This document shows positions 24,084-35,835 of a stretch of DNA of 43,105 bases, in pieces. This stretch comes from Octopus sinensis (lineage: Eukaryota). The stretch lies in NCBI RefSeq assembly GCF_006345805.1, contig NW_021835019.1, positions 1 through 43,105 on the forward strand, written 5' to 3'. The stretch's first letter is position 1. Every line of letters starts with the position of its first letter. The notes beneath the pieces were generated by a model. The model was not told the origin of the DNA and did no database searches. It saw nothing but the letters and a program-made list of their open reading frames with translations. The translations under genes were made by a program, and so were the position numbers.

Positions 24084-25456
24084 TCACAAAGAAACCATCA
24101 GTCCTGGAAATAAGACCTCCTCTCCATACAAAAAATCATTCATATAAAAAACAACGCCGGACATCCCTTAAAATTATACAAAAGAATAACCCTCAAACAG
24201 AGAAAATGGTCTATCCGGTGAAGGAAAGTCATAAATAGACCGATCAATCACAAATTCAGTAAACTGAAATGCCAAATTCTACCAACCTTCAAAGCTCTGT
24301 AAAAGAAAAGAGAATTGCAAGTTGTTTTATACGTCGATAAAAAGGCATAAGCATTTCCCAAAATTCCGTGGCACAGGCCAGGCCCTTTCCTGAGTATTCC
24401 CCGTTCCCAAATAACGTCGCAGTACTCTTCGGCCGCCTTGATGTACTTTTCGTGTCCTGTGAGCTAACAAATGACTCATCTTCTCTAACTTGATAGGCAG
24501 CTAAGTATGTGTATATGTTTCCCGGAGCACCGTGGCACCATTGAACGAGTCTGTCTGACTGGGACCCCACAGAAGACGGAGAATTACCCGAAGGAAAGTT
24601 CATTGCCATCAACTGATTGACAGAAGAAACAATCACGGGGATTATCTCTGCCTCGAGTTTAGGACATAAGAGTCCACTCTGACATTAAAAACCACGATTT
24701 GACCAGGATTGCCTGAATGAGCACAGTTAGAATGCCCGAGACTCCGTGGGCAGCCCCCAAATATTGTTTATGCCACGAAAACATCAATTCAACAGGGCTA
24801 TTACACTGTCGCGAATATTCCCGTCCTGTGAAGACGACGTGTCTTACAACTTTGTTTAAAATCGGAGAGATGGCCTCGGACGATGAATGAATGTGTTTGT
24901 TGAGGAGTAGCAGGGCGTAGAGATATCCTGCCCACCCGTATAGAACTTCCTGGTCTTGAAAAGTACTTTCCTCCACGTTTTCGGAGAAGGCAATTATGCT
25001 GATGTAGACTAAAATAAATACGAGGAAATTGCAGAATCGCGGAGAACCACATTTCCATAACAATTCTCGATTAGGGCTCTCAGTGTAAGTAATCCTGTCT
25101 GTCCACAGAGAAATGACTTTGTGTGCCGGATTGGTCTCGAATTTTCGAATTCAAACTTTGCTGATGACAGATATGCCGGATTGTTCGTTTTTACGAACAT
25201 TTGGAAGTAAAGGAAGGCGATTCCTATTTTTTAAAAAGAAATTCCATGCCTCCTGTGCCAGAATATACTGAACCGTCTTCTTGTGACTTTTTCCTATTGG
25301 AGATCATAGGAATAATTGTATTAATGTAGTCACTTATTTTGCCTTTTAGATCATCAGACTAGTTAAATATTATTTTAGGTATACAAGTGGATATTTGTAG
25401 TGATTTTCCCAATTGAATTTAAAATCGGGGTAGGGATTAACATAGTACCGTTCCAT
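24084..25456 (-). CDS. LANCL: LanC-like protein (LANCL1/2 family)
   Basis: 'MERYYVNPYPDF', 'DGSVYSGTGG', 'VLYGWAGYL', 'YLGAAHGVSGIL', 'LVQWCHGAPG', 'KGPGLCHG', 'PDRPFSLFEGMSG'. Confidence 0.92.
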
Positions 25457-27239
25457 TAGACGTTTTATTTAATAACATTTTATATTTTATTAATTAAAAT
25501 GAAATTTAAATTAATAAAATAATTTACGGGAATCAATTTCAAAGATCAATTGCGTGAATTTTCTGAAATATCTGCATTTTCGGCATTTTTCATCGCCTTT
25601 TATCAAACGGCGTCCTGTCCGGATTTGTTTTAAGTGTTAATTTGTGATTATTTAATATGAATGTATAATTTATTTAAAAATTGTTTTAATTTCTTTAACG
25701 TGATTATGTTTTTTGAAAGAGCGACAGAATCCATTTTCAGGATATGTCCAAATATATATGGTCCCCGTCGAGTATTTTTGACCCCGCAATCAGATAACTT
25801 TCTTTGGTTGAGCCGTTTGCGTAGCTCTTTAGAGTCTTATTTCGTGATGCATGAAATGCACAAGTACCTTTTTTAAATATTTTTTATAAAAAAATTGTTA
25901 AATAAAACGAAAGAGAAAACTACACCTTTTTTATTTTGCTTTCAGAAATTTTCACTTTGGATTCAAAATTTTACGAGACGTTGGATCAGCCTCGCGAATT
26001 AATATACTATCATCAAATTTTAACTTTTCTATTTAGTTTACCCTAATTATGATCAACCAGCCTAAATGTTTAACATAAAGGTATCTATTTGTTTCTTCAT
26101 GTCATAGTAAAGATTTGTTTTATAGTAATATTTGTAAAGATTCTATTCTTTTGAACTAGGCTGAGGTGATGAGCCAATAGTATTCAAAAATACTCGTTTA
26201 AATTTAAAAGGGATTTTTTCAAAAATACTCAGGTGGTTTATTTTTCAGGCAAAGTTGAATTCGACTATTTTCGAGGTCATTCGAGTTTTCAATATTTAAT
26301 AAAATGAATCAATTCTAAATCTTCGTTTTTTTATTTTTGATGATTTTTTGAACACTTATTTTGAAGCTTTACGCACATTAAAACACCTTTTTTATATTAC
26401 TATGGGTGTCGTAAAAAACCGGCCGGTTGGCTTATAGCTACCGGCCTCAAAAACTCAGAACCAAAAACTCAAACTCTAAGAAATGGCTCTCGTGCCGGGA
26501 CATATAAGGAAAAAAATGTCCTTTTTCTTTTAAAAATTTACTTTTTCATTTTCAAATAGTTTTTGTTAATCTGAATTACTTGCATGATGAAATAATACTC
26601 CGATCTCTTTGATATTACTTTAGAAGCGCTGGAGTTCTAAGGCTCATTAAAGGAAAAAAACATTTGGCAACGATCGTAAAATTTATTTTTGGAAATTATG
26701 TCCAGCATTCTGGAGCATGTGTTTGAAGTTGCAGGAAAATTTTCTTGCTGTAAAATCGTTTTAACTTATTAAATTTTGCATTTTTAAATATAAAATGTTT
26801 TGAAATTTTTCAATAAGCTTGCGTGATCAATTACAAAAAGAAAGTATTATGTATATGAAAATAATAGCAATTCACATAACCATTTTGTTAACAATAAAAT
26901 TGTAAACTGATATCAAAAAAGCAGCCGCAGCGAATTGGATGAAAATAATAGGAATATTTTAAAGTTAGAAACTGTTTAACTTATTGAAATAAAAGTTATT
27001 TTTAGCAAAAATTTTACAAAAATGTCCGGAACCTAGAGAAAAAAGTGAATTCTGTTAATTTAATACTTAAGAAATGCAGTCAGATGCAAAAAAAGAAAAT
27101 GGTTATTTATTATTTCAAACAAAAGAGAAATTATCACTGCCATCAAAATATCATCAATTTATTGACATGGATTTGAAATATAAGACAAATTTTAGTATAA
27201 TGCCGCTATTAACAATTCATGCTGGAGACGTGGCAGAAA

Positions 27240-28320
27240 ACTCACCGATACAACATTCTCGCTACTTTCATTTAATGTCAGATGTATGGCGATGTCCTAC
27301 TAATCATGGAAAAGAACAACACTGTTCAAAGATCTAAAAAAATACAAAGTTACAATTGAATGCTTTTAGAAACAAAACTGCATTATGGACTAGAAGGGAA
27401 ACTATTGAGCTATTATTTCATCTCATTCGATAGCGAATGCAGACACTTTGGGCAAGGATTTATGATAAAGAAGGAATTGAGACCGATGATTCACCGTTTT
27501 TGGAGTATAAATGATCGGATTTGCGTACTTCAGATTAGCATGAACAAGCTTTACCCATCTAAAAGCTTGCTATCCATTGATTGAAAAAGACTCTATTGAG
27601 ATAGACCTGTTCTACTCCTGTCTCTCTGAAGTTTATTCTGAACTTTTTCACTTGTTTATATGAATCAATTCTAACTGTAATCGCTGGTGACCTTATCGCT
27701 AAGTGGGAATAAAAAGAAGCCCGAATGAAACCTTTATAAAAAAACACGGAAGAGGAATAAGGAACGTTGCAGAAACATTGCTTGTCAGTTTTGGTCAGGC
27801 AAGCAGATTGTTCCTATGTAACACCGTATTTATACACTATGCAAGACATAAAACTACATAGACAGGATGTATAAAGAATTCGGGTGGAGAATTTATAAAT
27901 ATTTACAAACAGATTTATTACATAATCTGTTGAGCTGAAAACAAAACATTTTTCACCGACGCAAGATCATATGGAAAGTCAATTATCGACAGTGACCACA
28001 AAATGGTCATCGCCAGAATGTCATTGAATAAACATCTAATCAGGAACAAAACTAATACCAAAGGGGTACATGTTATTGACAGAAGGAGAAAATTCAACCT
28101 AAATAGAGTGTCATTGCAACAAACAGGGGATAATTACGGGAAATTCCTTGATACGTATCTGAGAAATATAGAAACAAATACACCAATCCTCAAACTCTAG
28201 AAGCAAATGCAAAAATTAATACGAGGACAGAAAACAAACAGCTCTTATACACATAATATAAAAGAAAGATTAATTTGGTGGCATACGCAGATGACGTAGA
28301 TTTTATTCCTAATCGTGGAA
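27240..28320 (+). mobile_element. Degenerate RTE-like LINE: APE endonuclease, internal deletion, YADD remnant
   Basis: 'ILATF', 'ETK', 'HFGQGF', 'RFWSINDRICVLQI', 'ARHKTT', 'ARSYG...SDHKMVIARM', later 'VAYADDVDFI'. Confidence 0.75.
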
Positions 28321-28478
28321 TAATATTTGTATAGTAAAAATATGTATGGGGATGTCCTACTGTCCCTAACTAGTATTTATTTACTTAGTTAATTTTTAAA
28401 TTACACAAGTTTTTTTTTGATTGGTTAACCTAAAATACAATAAAATAGACTAATTTATTTGTTTTATTATAAACTGAT

Positions 28479-29230
28479 ATGAGTAACGAAGACAAAACCC
28501 AAGATCCAAATTCACCCGAATCAGTTTGCAATAAATTTTATTCATCTCTTCAAATATCCTTCACCAAAATTAAAAACCATGTCCCGTTAAGGTCTCGGAA
28601 TTTACCTCAATCCCTGTTTCAAGAACCTCAAAAAATACACATGAACTGTACTGCCGAGAATCGGTACGCATTTCAGGAACGGAGAAGGGTCAATCCCCCT
28701 TCCAATTACTACTCGGATTACTACCACTCAGTTGGACCCTACAACCTCGACTTTTTTTTGCCCAATCAACTAGACTATTCTAAATATAGGTTAGGAAAGC
28801 TTAACTAGGTCAGACATGAAATTTCTAGTGACGATTGTGAATACAAAAATCAGATGAGATGGGCACAAGAAAATGAGAGATGCCTTCCATCCACATCTTC
28901 AAGTATTTTAATATTTATTAGAATTTTGATACGAGATACAATCAGTGCATGTGGCAACCATCTTTTTACCCAATGCAGGATGCCTATATTTCCCCCAATC
29001 CAAGTAACAATTTGATGGACAACTCGGTTATACCCTATCACGTTTATAATTGGAATAATTATACAAACGAAACCTGTCCAATAGGAATAGACACGAATTG
29101 TAAAAGTGTTATAAAATTCATTTGTAGTACAGACAACAAAACTTCAATTCGATGAAATAGAAAGACAGTTAAATGTTGAAAATTGTCTCTGACACAATTT
29201 AGGTGTCTAGTAATTATGTGGATCCTTTTA
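28479..29230 (+). CDS. Candidate orphan gene, Tyr/Pro/Asn/Ser-rich, exon structure unresolved
   Basis: 109-aa ATG ORF plus a downstream 68-aa ORF, GC higher than flanks, with candidate short introns (for example 24 nt after 28790). I could not build one consistent frame. Confidence 0.3.
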
Positions 29231-29770
29231 TTGGAGACATGACTTAAGCACCAATAAAAATTTACTTTATTCATTTAATAATTTATTTATTTTATTCAAG
29301 TTTTTTCATTTTCAAATAAGCCAACCACCAAACTAATTTGAATTATCAGATTTTTTAGGGTATTTATTTTTTGATGACCTAATTATTATAAAAATCAGCA
29401 TTTTTCGTTAGATCTGTCGAGGTTTTTATTCTACATGATGTTTATCAATAGGAAAATTTTAGAACTCGCGTTAGTGCGAGCTCTATTTAGTGGCGACGTA
29501 TAAAATGGCCGTTCTTTGTTTTTATTATACAAATGTCGAAAAAATTAACATACTTAAAAACTTTTCGAATTTGAATGAATGAGACAAAATTAATTCCAAC
29601 TGGAATTTAATTTAAGATCAACTTTTTTGGTTGTTGGTTGTTGTTGCTGTTTCTATTTTTATTATTTTTGTTATCATTTCATTATTCTATCATCTATAAT
29701 CTATCCTGTCGTTATCATTCTATTAATCGTTCCTTTTCCTTTTTCTTTCGCTTTATTGCATCATTCTTAC

Positions 29771-32665
29771 ATGGCAACTTGTTCCTCTTGTAAATCATCC
29801 AATTCCCGCAAGAAGGGCCGCTTGTGCTCCTCTTGCGATCTGTACTTCCATCTATCCTGCGTCGGGCTCTCCAGGGCCAGCTCGGCCGTTATCCAATGCT
29901 GGAAGTGCCCGAGTTGCCTTGGTCTACCCAAACGCATATCCCCAATTCCGGGAGCCATTTTACCCCTTCTCAATTCCTCAAATCCTTATCTGCTTTCCGA
30001 AGCGAATCATTCATCCCAGTAAGGATTCCAAAATCGGCCAGACCCACTGTGGCCAAGTCCCTCGCAGCCTTGATCGACCAGGCGCTGGCTTCCAGCGCTC
30101 CTGACCCTTGGTTCAAGCTGTTCTCTTTCTTTCCCGTTTGCCTCAATTCTTCTCCTATGCGCTCATGCGCTGCTAATCACGTTTCTTCTGCCCAGCGGAT
30201 TAAGGACCGTTGTACATCTTACGTCCACTCAGAGTTCAACTCTGATTGGCTGTCTGTCTCTCTTACGCCCCCTTGTAAGGAGGCACCTTCAAAACGGCCC
30301 GGTCTCGCAGAATTGCGCTTTTCCCGGGCAGTCCGAAGCAAACTCCTCCAGGGCGATATCTCTGGAGCAGTGCGCGCAATTCATCCAACTCCTCTGTGGC
30401 TCCTCGGTGTGATGCTGTCCTGAATCAACTCCGCAGCAAACACCCCCAAGCTCCACCGACCTCCGTGCAACACCGACGTTAGTTTCGGCTCCGTCCAACC
30501 CGATAACCTCGTCTGAGGTTTCGGCCGCTCTCGGGTCTTTTGCGCCCAGTAGCAGCGGCGGGATAGACGGTGTAAAGCCCATCCACCTACGCGCTACCTA
30601 CTCCAGCCCATTGACCCACGAATCCGAAAAAGACCTGCTATCTTCTGTCACTCGTCTTTGTTCGCACATTGTCTCGGGCGAGATTCCAACCGTCGCCAGA
30701 GATCTTCTTTTCTCTGCTGGCCTCATTGCCCTGTCGAAAGCCGATGGCGGCGTGAGGCCCATTGCGGTCGGTAACGTTTTCAGGAGACTCTCGGCCAAGA
30801 TAATGTCCCGCAGGGTGGTTCCCCCCCTGAGTCTGGAGTTTCTCCCTTTCCAGTACGGTGTCGGCGTCCAAGGTGCCTGCGAAATTCTCGCGCACGGCAC
30901 TCGCCAACTTGTCCAGTCAAAGCCAGAAGACTGCAAGTTCATCGTGAAGCTGGACGTCAGCAACGCATTCAACTGCGTCCGCCGGGACCATCTGCTCGAA
31001 GTGGTCTCGGCACGTTGCCCCGTTCTCTTCCCAATTGTAAAGCTGGCATACTCTGCCCCAAGCTGCCTTCTGATCCATGATCAGATCATCATGTCAGAAT
31101 GCGGCATTCAGCAGGGTGACCCACTGGGCCCATTGCTGTTTGCCCTCTCCGTTGACCACATTGCACGGAACCTTTCTTCCACTGTTAACTTCTGGTACCT
31201 GGACGACGTGACGATCGGTGGACCTACAGAGGTCGTTATGGAAGACGTTAAGAGAATCACTTCCGGTTTCTCCAAGATCGGACTATCTCTTAACGGCGAA
31301 AAATGCGAACTCGTAAACATTTCTCTTGCCCCCGCCGCTCTCCGCAACACATTCTCCTCTCTCAGCAGCCTGATCGTTGGGTTAAGGCTAACGCCCACCA
31401 GCGATCTAGTTATCTTGGGCTCTCCAATTTCCGCTGAAGGCATAGAAAATGCCTTATCGTCTAAATGGGACGAAATTAAACTACTCACTGATCGGATCCG
31501 TGGGCTTGGCTCGCATCTTGCGTTTTTCTTGTTGAAGAACTTTCTTTTCGTCCCCAGACTGACCTATATTCTCCGTTCCTCCCCGTGTTTCGCTGCCACA
31601 GACTCATTATCCAGAATCGATAATCTTGTCCACCAATCGCTAACATTCCACCTCAATTTGAGGTTCACTGGTGACGGTTTTACCCGTGCCAGTTTACCAA
31701 CTCGCTTCGGGGGGATCGGGATCCGCTCTTGTGCGGACCTGGCCCTACCCTGCTATCTCTCATCCATGTCGGCTTTCAGGAATTCCGTTTGCTCAGTTCT
31801 ACTTCCTCTCTCGAACTTAATGAGCTCTCGGAATTCTCATCTGCATGCCGTACGTGGTGCTCACTCGACCTTGATTTTCCCACGATCCCTTCAGTTCAAA
31901 GGGGCTGGGACGAAATTCTCTGCTCGAACACATTACGAAAACTTCGCTCCAAGTCGGACCAACTCCAGCTGGCCACCCTTAACTGCGCCTGTCAGCCGCA
32001 CACGGGTGACTGGCTCAAAGCTCTCCCCACTCCTAGTACGGGGTTACTACTGGACGACGAATCCTTGCGGATTGGGATCAGCTTACGATTGGTTTGGACA
32101 TCTGCCAGCCCCACCCTTGCCGGTGCGGGTCCTCAATTTCGTCAAACGGCTTGCACGCCTTGTCGTGTAAGAAGAGTGCCGGGAGAATTCCCCGTCACAC
32201 TCATCTGAATGACGTTGTGAGGAGGGCTCTAGAGTCGGCTGGTTTCCCTTCCACCCTAGAGCCAGTCGGCCTTTCCCGGAGCGACGGCAAGCGTCCCGAC
32301 GGGATGACGACCTTTCCTTTTAGGGAAGGCAAGTCCCTGGTTTGGGATGCCACGTGTGTCGACTCTTTTTCGGCGACAATGCTTCCCAGGACTGTCGCAA
32401 ACCCGGGTTCCGCCAGTGCGCTGGCTGAAGAGACAAAGATGACGAAATACCGGTGTATTTCGGACGCTTTTGAGTTTGCCCCCCTCGCCTTCGAAACCTC
32501 TGGAATCGTCGGAAAGGCTGCGACTCAACTCCTCACCGCCATTGGTAGAAAAATCTCCACAAAAACAAACGACCGAGGGAGACGAGCTGGCTGTTCCAGC
32601 GAATCTCGGTTGCTGTGCTCCGCGGAAACTGCCACTCAATACGCAGCGCGGCATCGTTGAGCTGA
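29771..32665 (+). mobile_element. Near full-length CRE-clade non-LTR retrotransposon: PHD-like finger, RT, CCHC and REL endonuclease
   Basis: N-terminal C4HC3 'CSSC...CSSCDLYFHLSC...WKCPSC'. RT 'GGVRPIAVG', 'QYGVG', 'KLDVSNAFN', 'GIQQGDPLGPLLF', 'YLDD'. REL 'CRC...HALSC', 'RH..LND', 'DGKRPDG', 'VWDATC', 'QRISVAVLRGN'. About 6 small frameshifts. Confidence 0.9.
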
Positions 32666-33009
32666 CCCTCAGGCCCTCGACAATTCCCTTAGCCACCCAA
32701 TTGCTTACTTTTTTCTTTCTAATTATGTTTTTTTTACTGGTTAAACTAGTAGAATAAAAAATAAGATGTTAAAGACAAGTTAAAAAGTGGTTCAAACGAC
32801 CTGAAATGATCAATTGGAAAGTCGTCAAAGACCTGAAAATTATTCCAAATAAATTTGACAAGAGCAAAGTTAGTCTTAGCGAAAGCAAAATGGAACAATA
32901 AAATTATTTAATAAACCATGTCATCATTATTTAACATTGATGGAATCAACTTTGAATTGTAGCAATTACGTTGTTCCATAGAGATAGTGTGATTATACAT
33001 AACACTATT

Positions 33010-33470
33010 CAAAATATTTTTCATGTCTGCTGCGGTGTGTCTTTTTATATCAGCTTTGAATACTCACCAAATATTCTTAATTAGATTGAGCATAGAGCTA
33101 TAGGGACCCAATCTTAAAATTTTATTTCCGATGAATTCCTTACTTCTGACAATTTATTCAATTCCTGAATGGCATGGAGCATTGTCTATTACAATCACTA
33201 CTGGAAAATTGTAAGCTTTCCTTGCTTTTCGTAGACAAATTCTCACCCATTCATAGGTAGATTCTTTATTAAAGGATCCAGTTTCAATTCATAATGCAAT
33301 AATCCGAGAGAACCGATACAACCAATGAAATATACTTTGGCACCTCATAAACATGTTGCAACGACATAAGCTCTTGTTTCTTTTCTAAATGACCCTTTTT
33401 AGGGGATATGTCATGTTGAGATTTGTTTCATTTATAAATAACGTCGGAATTTTCTCCGATTGATATTCCG
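33010..33470 (-). mobile_element. Tc1/IS630-like (DDE_3) transposase remnant
   Basis: 'LFINETNLN' (DET), 'VIVIDNAPCHS', 'LRLGPYSSMLNLI..IW..FKADIKR'; stops present; no TIRs found. Confidence 0.7.
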
Positions 33471-34168
33471 ATATCGAATTAATAAAATTTTTTAATTTAA
33501 TTCATAATTGTCTTTCTCTGTTCTCGTTCGATAACCTGTCATGATTCGCCCAATAGTGTAACTAAAGAATATACCGAATAAAAGATTAGTGTGTTAGACA
33601 CTGGGATTTGTCATTAGAGGTCATTTGTGTTTGTACAAGTCATGTCATTTAAATGACTATTGATTTATCCACACAATACGTCTAACGAACTCACACAACA
33701 ACCCTCGGGGACGAAGAAGCGATCACTGTGCAATAGTAAGCAGCATAATCCCTCAAAGTGACATCTGATAATACTCCTTCTAATAACGATGTTATTTTCT
33801 ACTAATAAAGAGATACTTATGCAGCACTGAGGGACGCAGAACGACTTTTCCAATAAAGATTGGAAGCTTTCTCAATGGTCGAGTTCTTTCCTGGTTTGAT
33901 TTGCCACGATGGGCTTTTTAGTTAGTCTCTTATTAGTCTCTTTCTATTTTAACATACAAGTCTTCTATGTCGTTTTTTGTACAACTGAATAGAGATTGTT
34001 ATAGACTGACGGAGTGACAAGTTTGAGCCATTTTTTTCTACTGCCTGGTTTTCATTGCACGGTTTTCTTTTCTTAACACTGACCTATTTAATTGTCAAAT
34101 TTTCAACTGCGCCACCTTCCAAGAATATTATTCGAACTTATAAATAAATTCTCGCGTAGAATGACTAT

Positions 34169-34696
34169 ATGGGTCTCATTTTATATTTCACTTGTCTAAT
34201 TCTGACAACTCAACTATCGAATAAATAAATCCACCATTATCTTATTGAAACTAATAGACGAGTTAGAACAAATAGTTCCGGACGAATATTTTTACGTGAA
34301 AAAGCCAAAATTTCCGTCCGTTGATTTTTTTCATTTCATTAACAGAATGTTTGTTTTAAAAAGTCACTTTTAGAGCGGATAGAATAAACCGCAAATTCAT
34401 TTATGGTCCAACCCCTGGCTTCGGTGACGACTCTCATGAGGCTTTGAGATATTATTATCACGGGGACAGAAATCAGGACATTTTTCGTATTGTTTCAATC
34501 CGACACGATGATCTGAAAGGATACAATGGAAGTGACTATATTCTATCTACTTCTCTTGGATTCGAGATGCATGTCACTGAGACAGACGAATACAACATTC
34601 TCCCCACTCTTTGGTAGATATATTTCAGGCATGTCTAGGCCGACTTGTTCAGAATTTGCAATGAAATTATGTTACTCATTTGGGTGGATGAAATAA
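34169..34696 (+). CDS. Orphan multi-exon gene (~135 aa), possible permuted papain-like (LRAT/PPPDE-type) fold
   Basis: Two 25-nt GT-AG introns (34349-34373, 34614-34638) join stop-free exons: '...DELEQIVPDEYFYVKKPKFPSVDFFHFINRIADRINRKFIYGPTPGFGDDSHEALRYYY...EYNILPTLWPTCSEFAMKLCYSFGWMK*'. First exon (ATG 34169, 64-nt intron) tentative. Confidence 0.5.
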
Positions 34697-34849
34697 GTCG
34701 AATAAACTGCATAATGAACTCGTACTTAATTTGTTTATATTTGGTAGTCGGGACATTCCCGCCTCCACTCTTAAGTGGCTTTACTTCTGCGATTATTACT
34801 ACGACATATAATCTAACATTCCTGGACATTCGTTTTATCAACTAACACT

Positions 34850-35270
34850 TCTTGTCTTTCTTCGAGTTAATGAGAAGACCTGAGAGTCAAAGCTTGTATA
34901 CCCTCGCCAGAGACTTGACTTGTGTCCCCTGTCTTTCCAACATTGGCTGCTTCTCATCGATCAGAGAAAGTGTTGCCTCATTGTTGCCTCAGAAATCGGG
35001 CCGAACTTGCAAGATTTTGCTTTGGTCATCATCCTTTATCCCTCGACTACCAAAACAAACTGGAAAAAGATATTGATCGGACCTGTTTAATCTGCTTTGA
35101 CGGACGATACACAATAAGTCATCTTCTTCTCGAATGCAAAAACCTTGCCGCCTTGAGAAAATCATACAAGATAACTCCTTGACTTGTTGTGTGACCCTAA
35201 GAGGTCTGTTTGTTTGTTTTCTTCATGCCGCATTTCCTCCCAATTCAGGGTGGAATGGGGTTAAATAAAT
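34850..35270 (+). mobile_element. 3' end of Ingi/I-group-like LINE (CCHC knuckle)
   Basis: 'RAELARFCFGHH...YQNKL...TCLICFDGRYTISHLLLECKNL' (C-x2-C...H-x4-C), followed by a 3' UTR-like tail. Confidence 0.65.
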
Positions 35271-35835
35271 AGCGAACGTCAATGCAGGACTAAATAATTC
35301 GCCTAATCTCCCTGTTTGGTCTCTCCAAACTTTTCACAAATATTTTTGATTAGGCGTTTCAAGATGTTTCATCTAATGTTGGAGCTACCATTTCATCATA
35401 TTATTTTGTTCTACAAGAAAATCTAGTCGTGGATGAGACATTCAACCTCCTCACGACTGTCCCCTTCGAGCTTACGGGAAATTATTCCGTGCAAAGTCTG
35501 TACGAGAAGATCTCCCGTGGTCGTTTCTTTTTCAGGCAAATTTTTGTCATAGCATGGACTTGTCGGATGAAGGATATCTGTAATAAATATTGAGCACTCA
35601 CTGGTTATCGTCTATTCACTGCCAACGATCACACCTTTGTTCTAGTTAGACGCTTTCAACCCTTTTACAAACCTGACTCACTCATATTCTCTTGGCAGAA
35701 CATATTCCTCGAGTGGTACTCGGTCTTGTCCTCAAGTCATTCCTAAGACCCAGGAAATGAGTTGGAGACACCTCACGGAGACAAGTTGTCAAAGACAGGC
35801 CAATTAAAAATGTAATAATCAAAGTAAGCAAATGT

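Noticed and set aside
29560-29640. SL-RNA/snRNA target at the CRE 5' flank (small hairpin plus ACTTTTTTGG Sm-like site)
   Set aside because: The motif is too short and AT-rich, there is no donor-containing leader, and it is not repeated at the 3' flank.
33600-34140. Minus-strand multi-exon gene
   Set aside because: Short open frames and candidate introns exist, but every joining I tried hit a stop; left uncalled.
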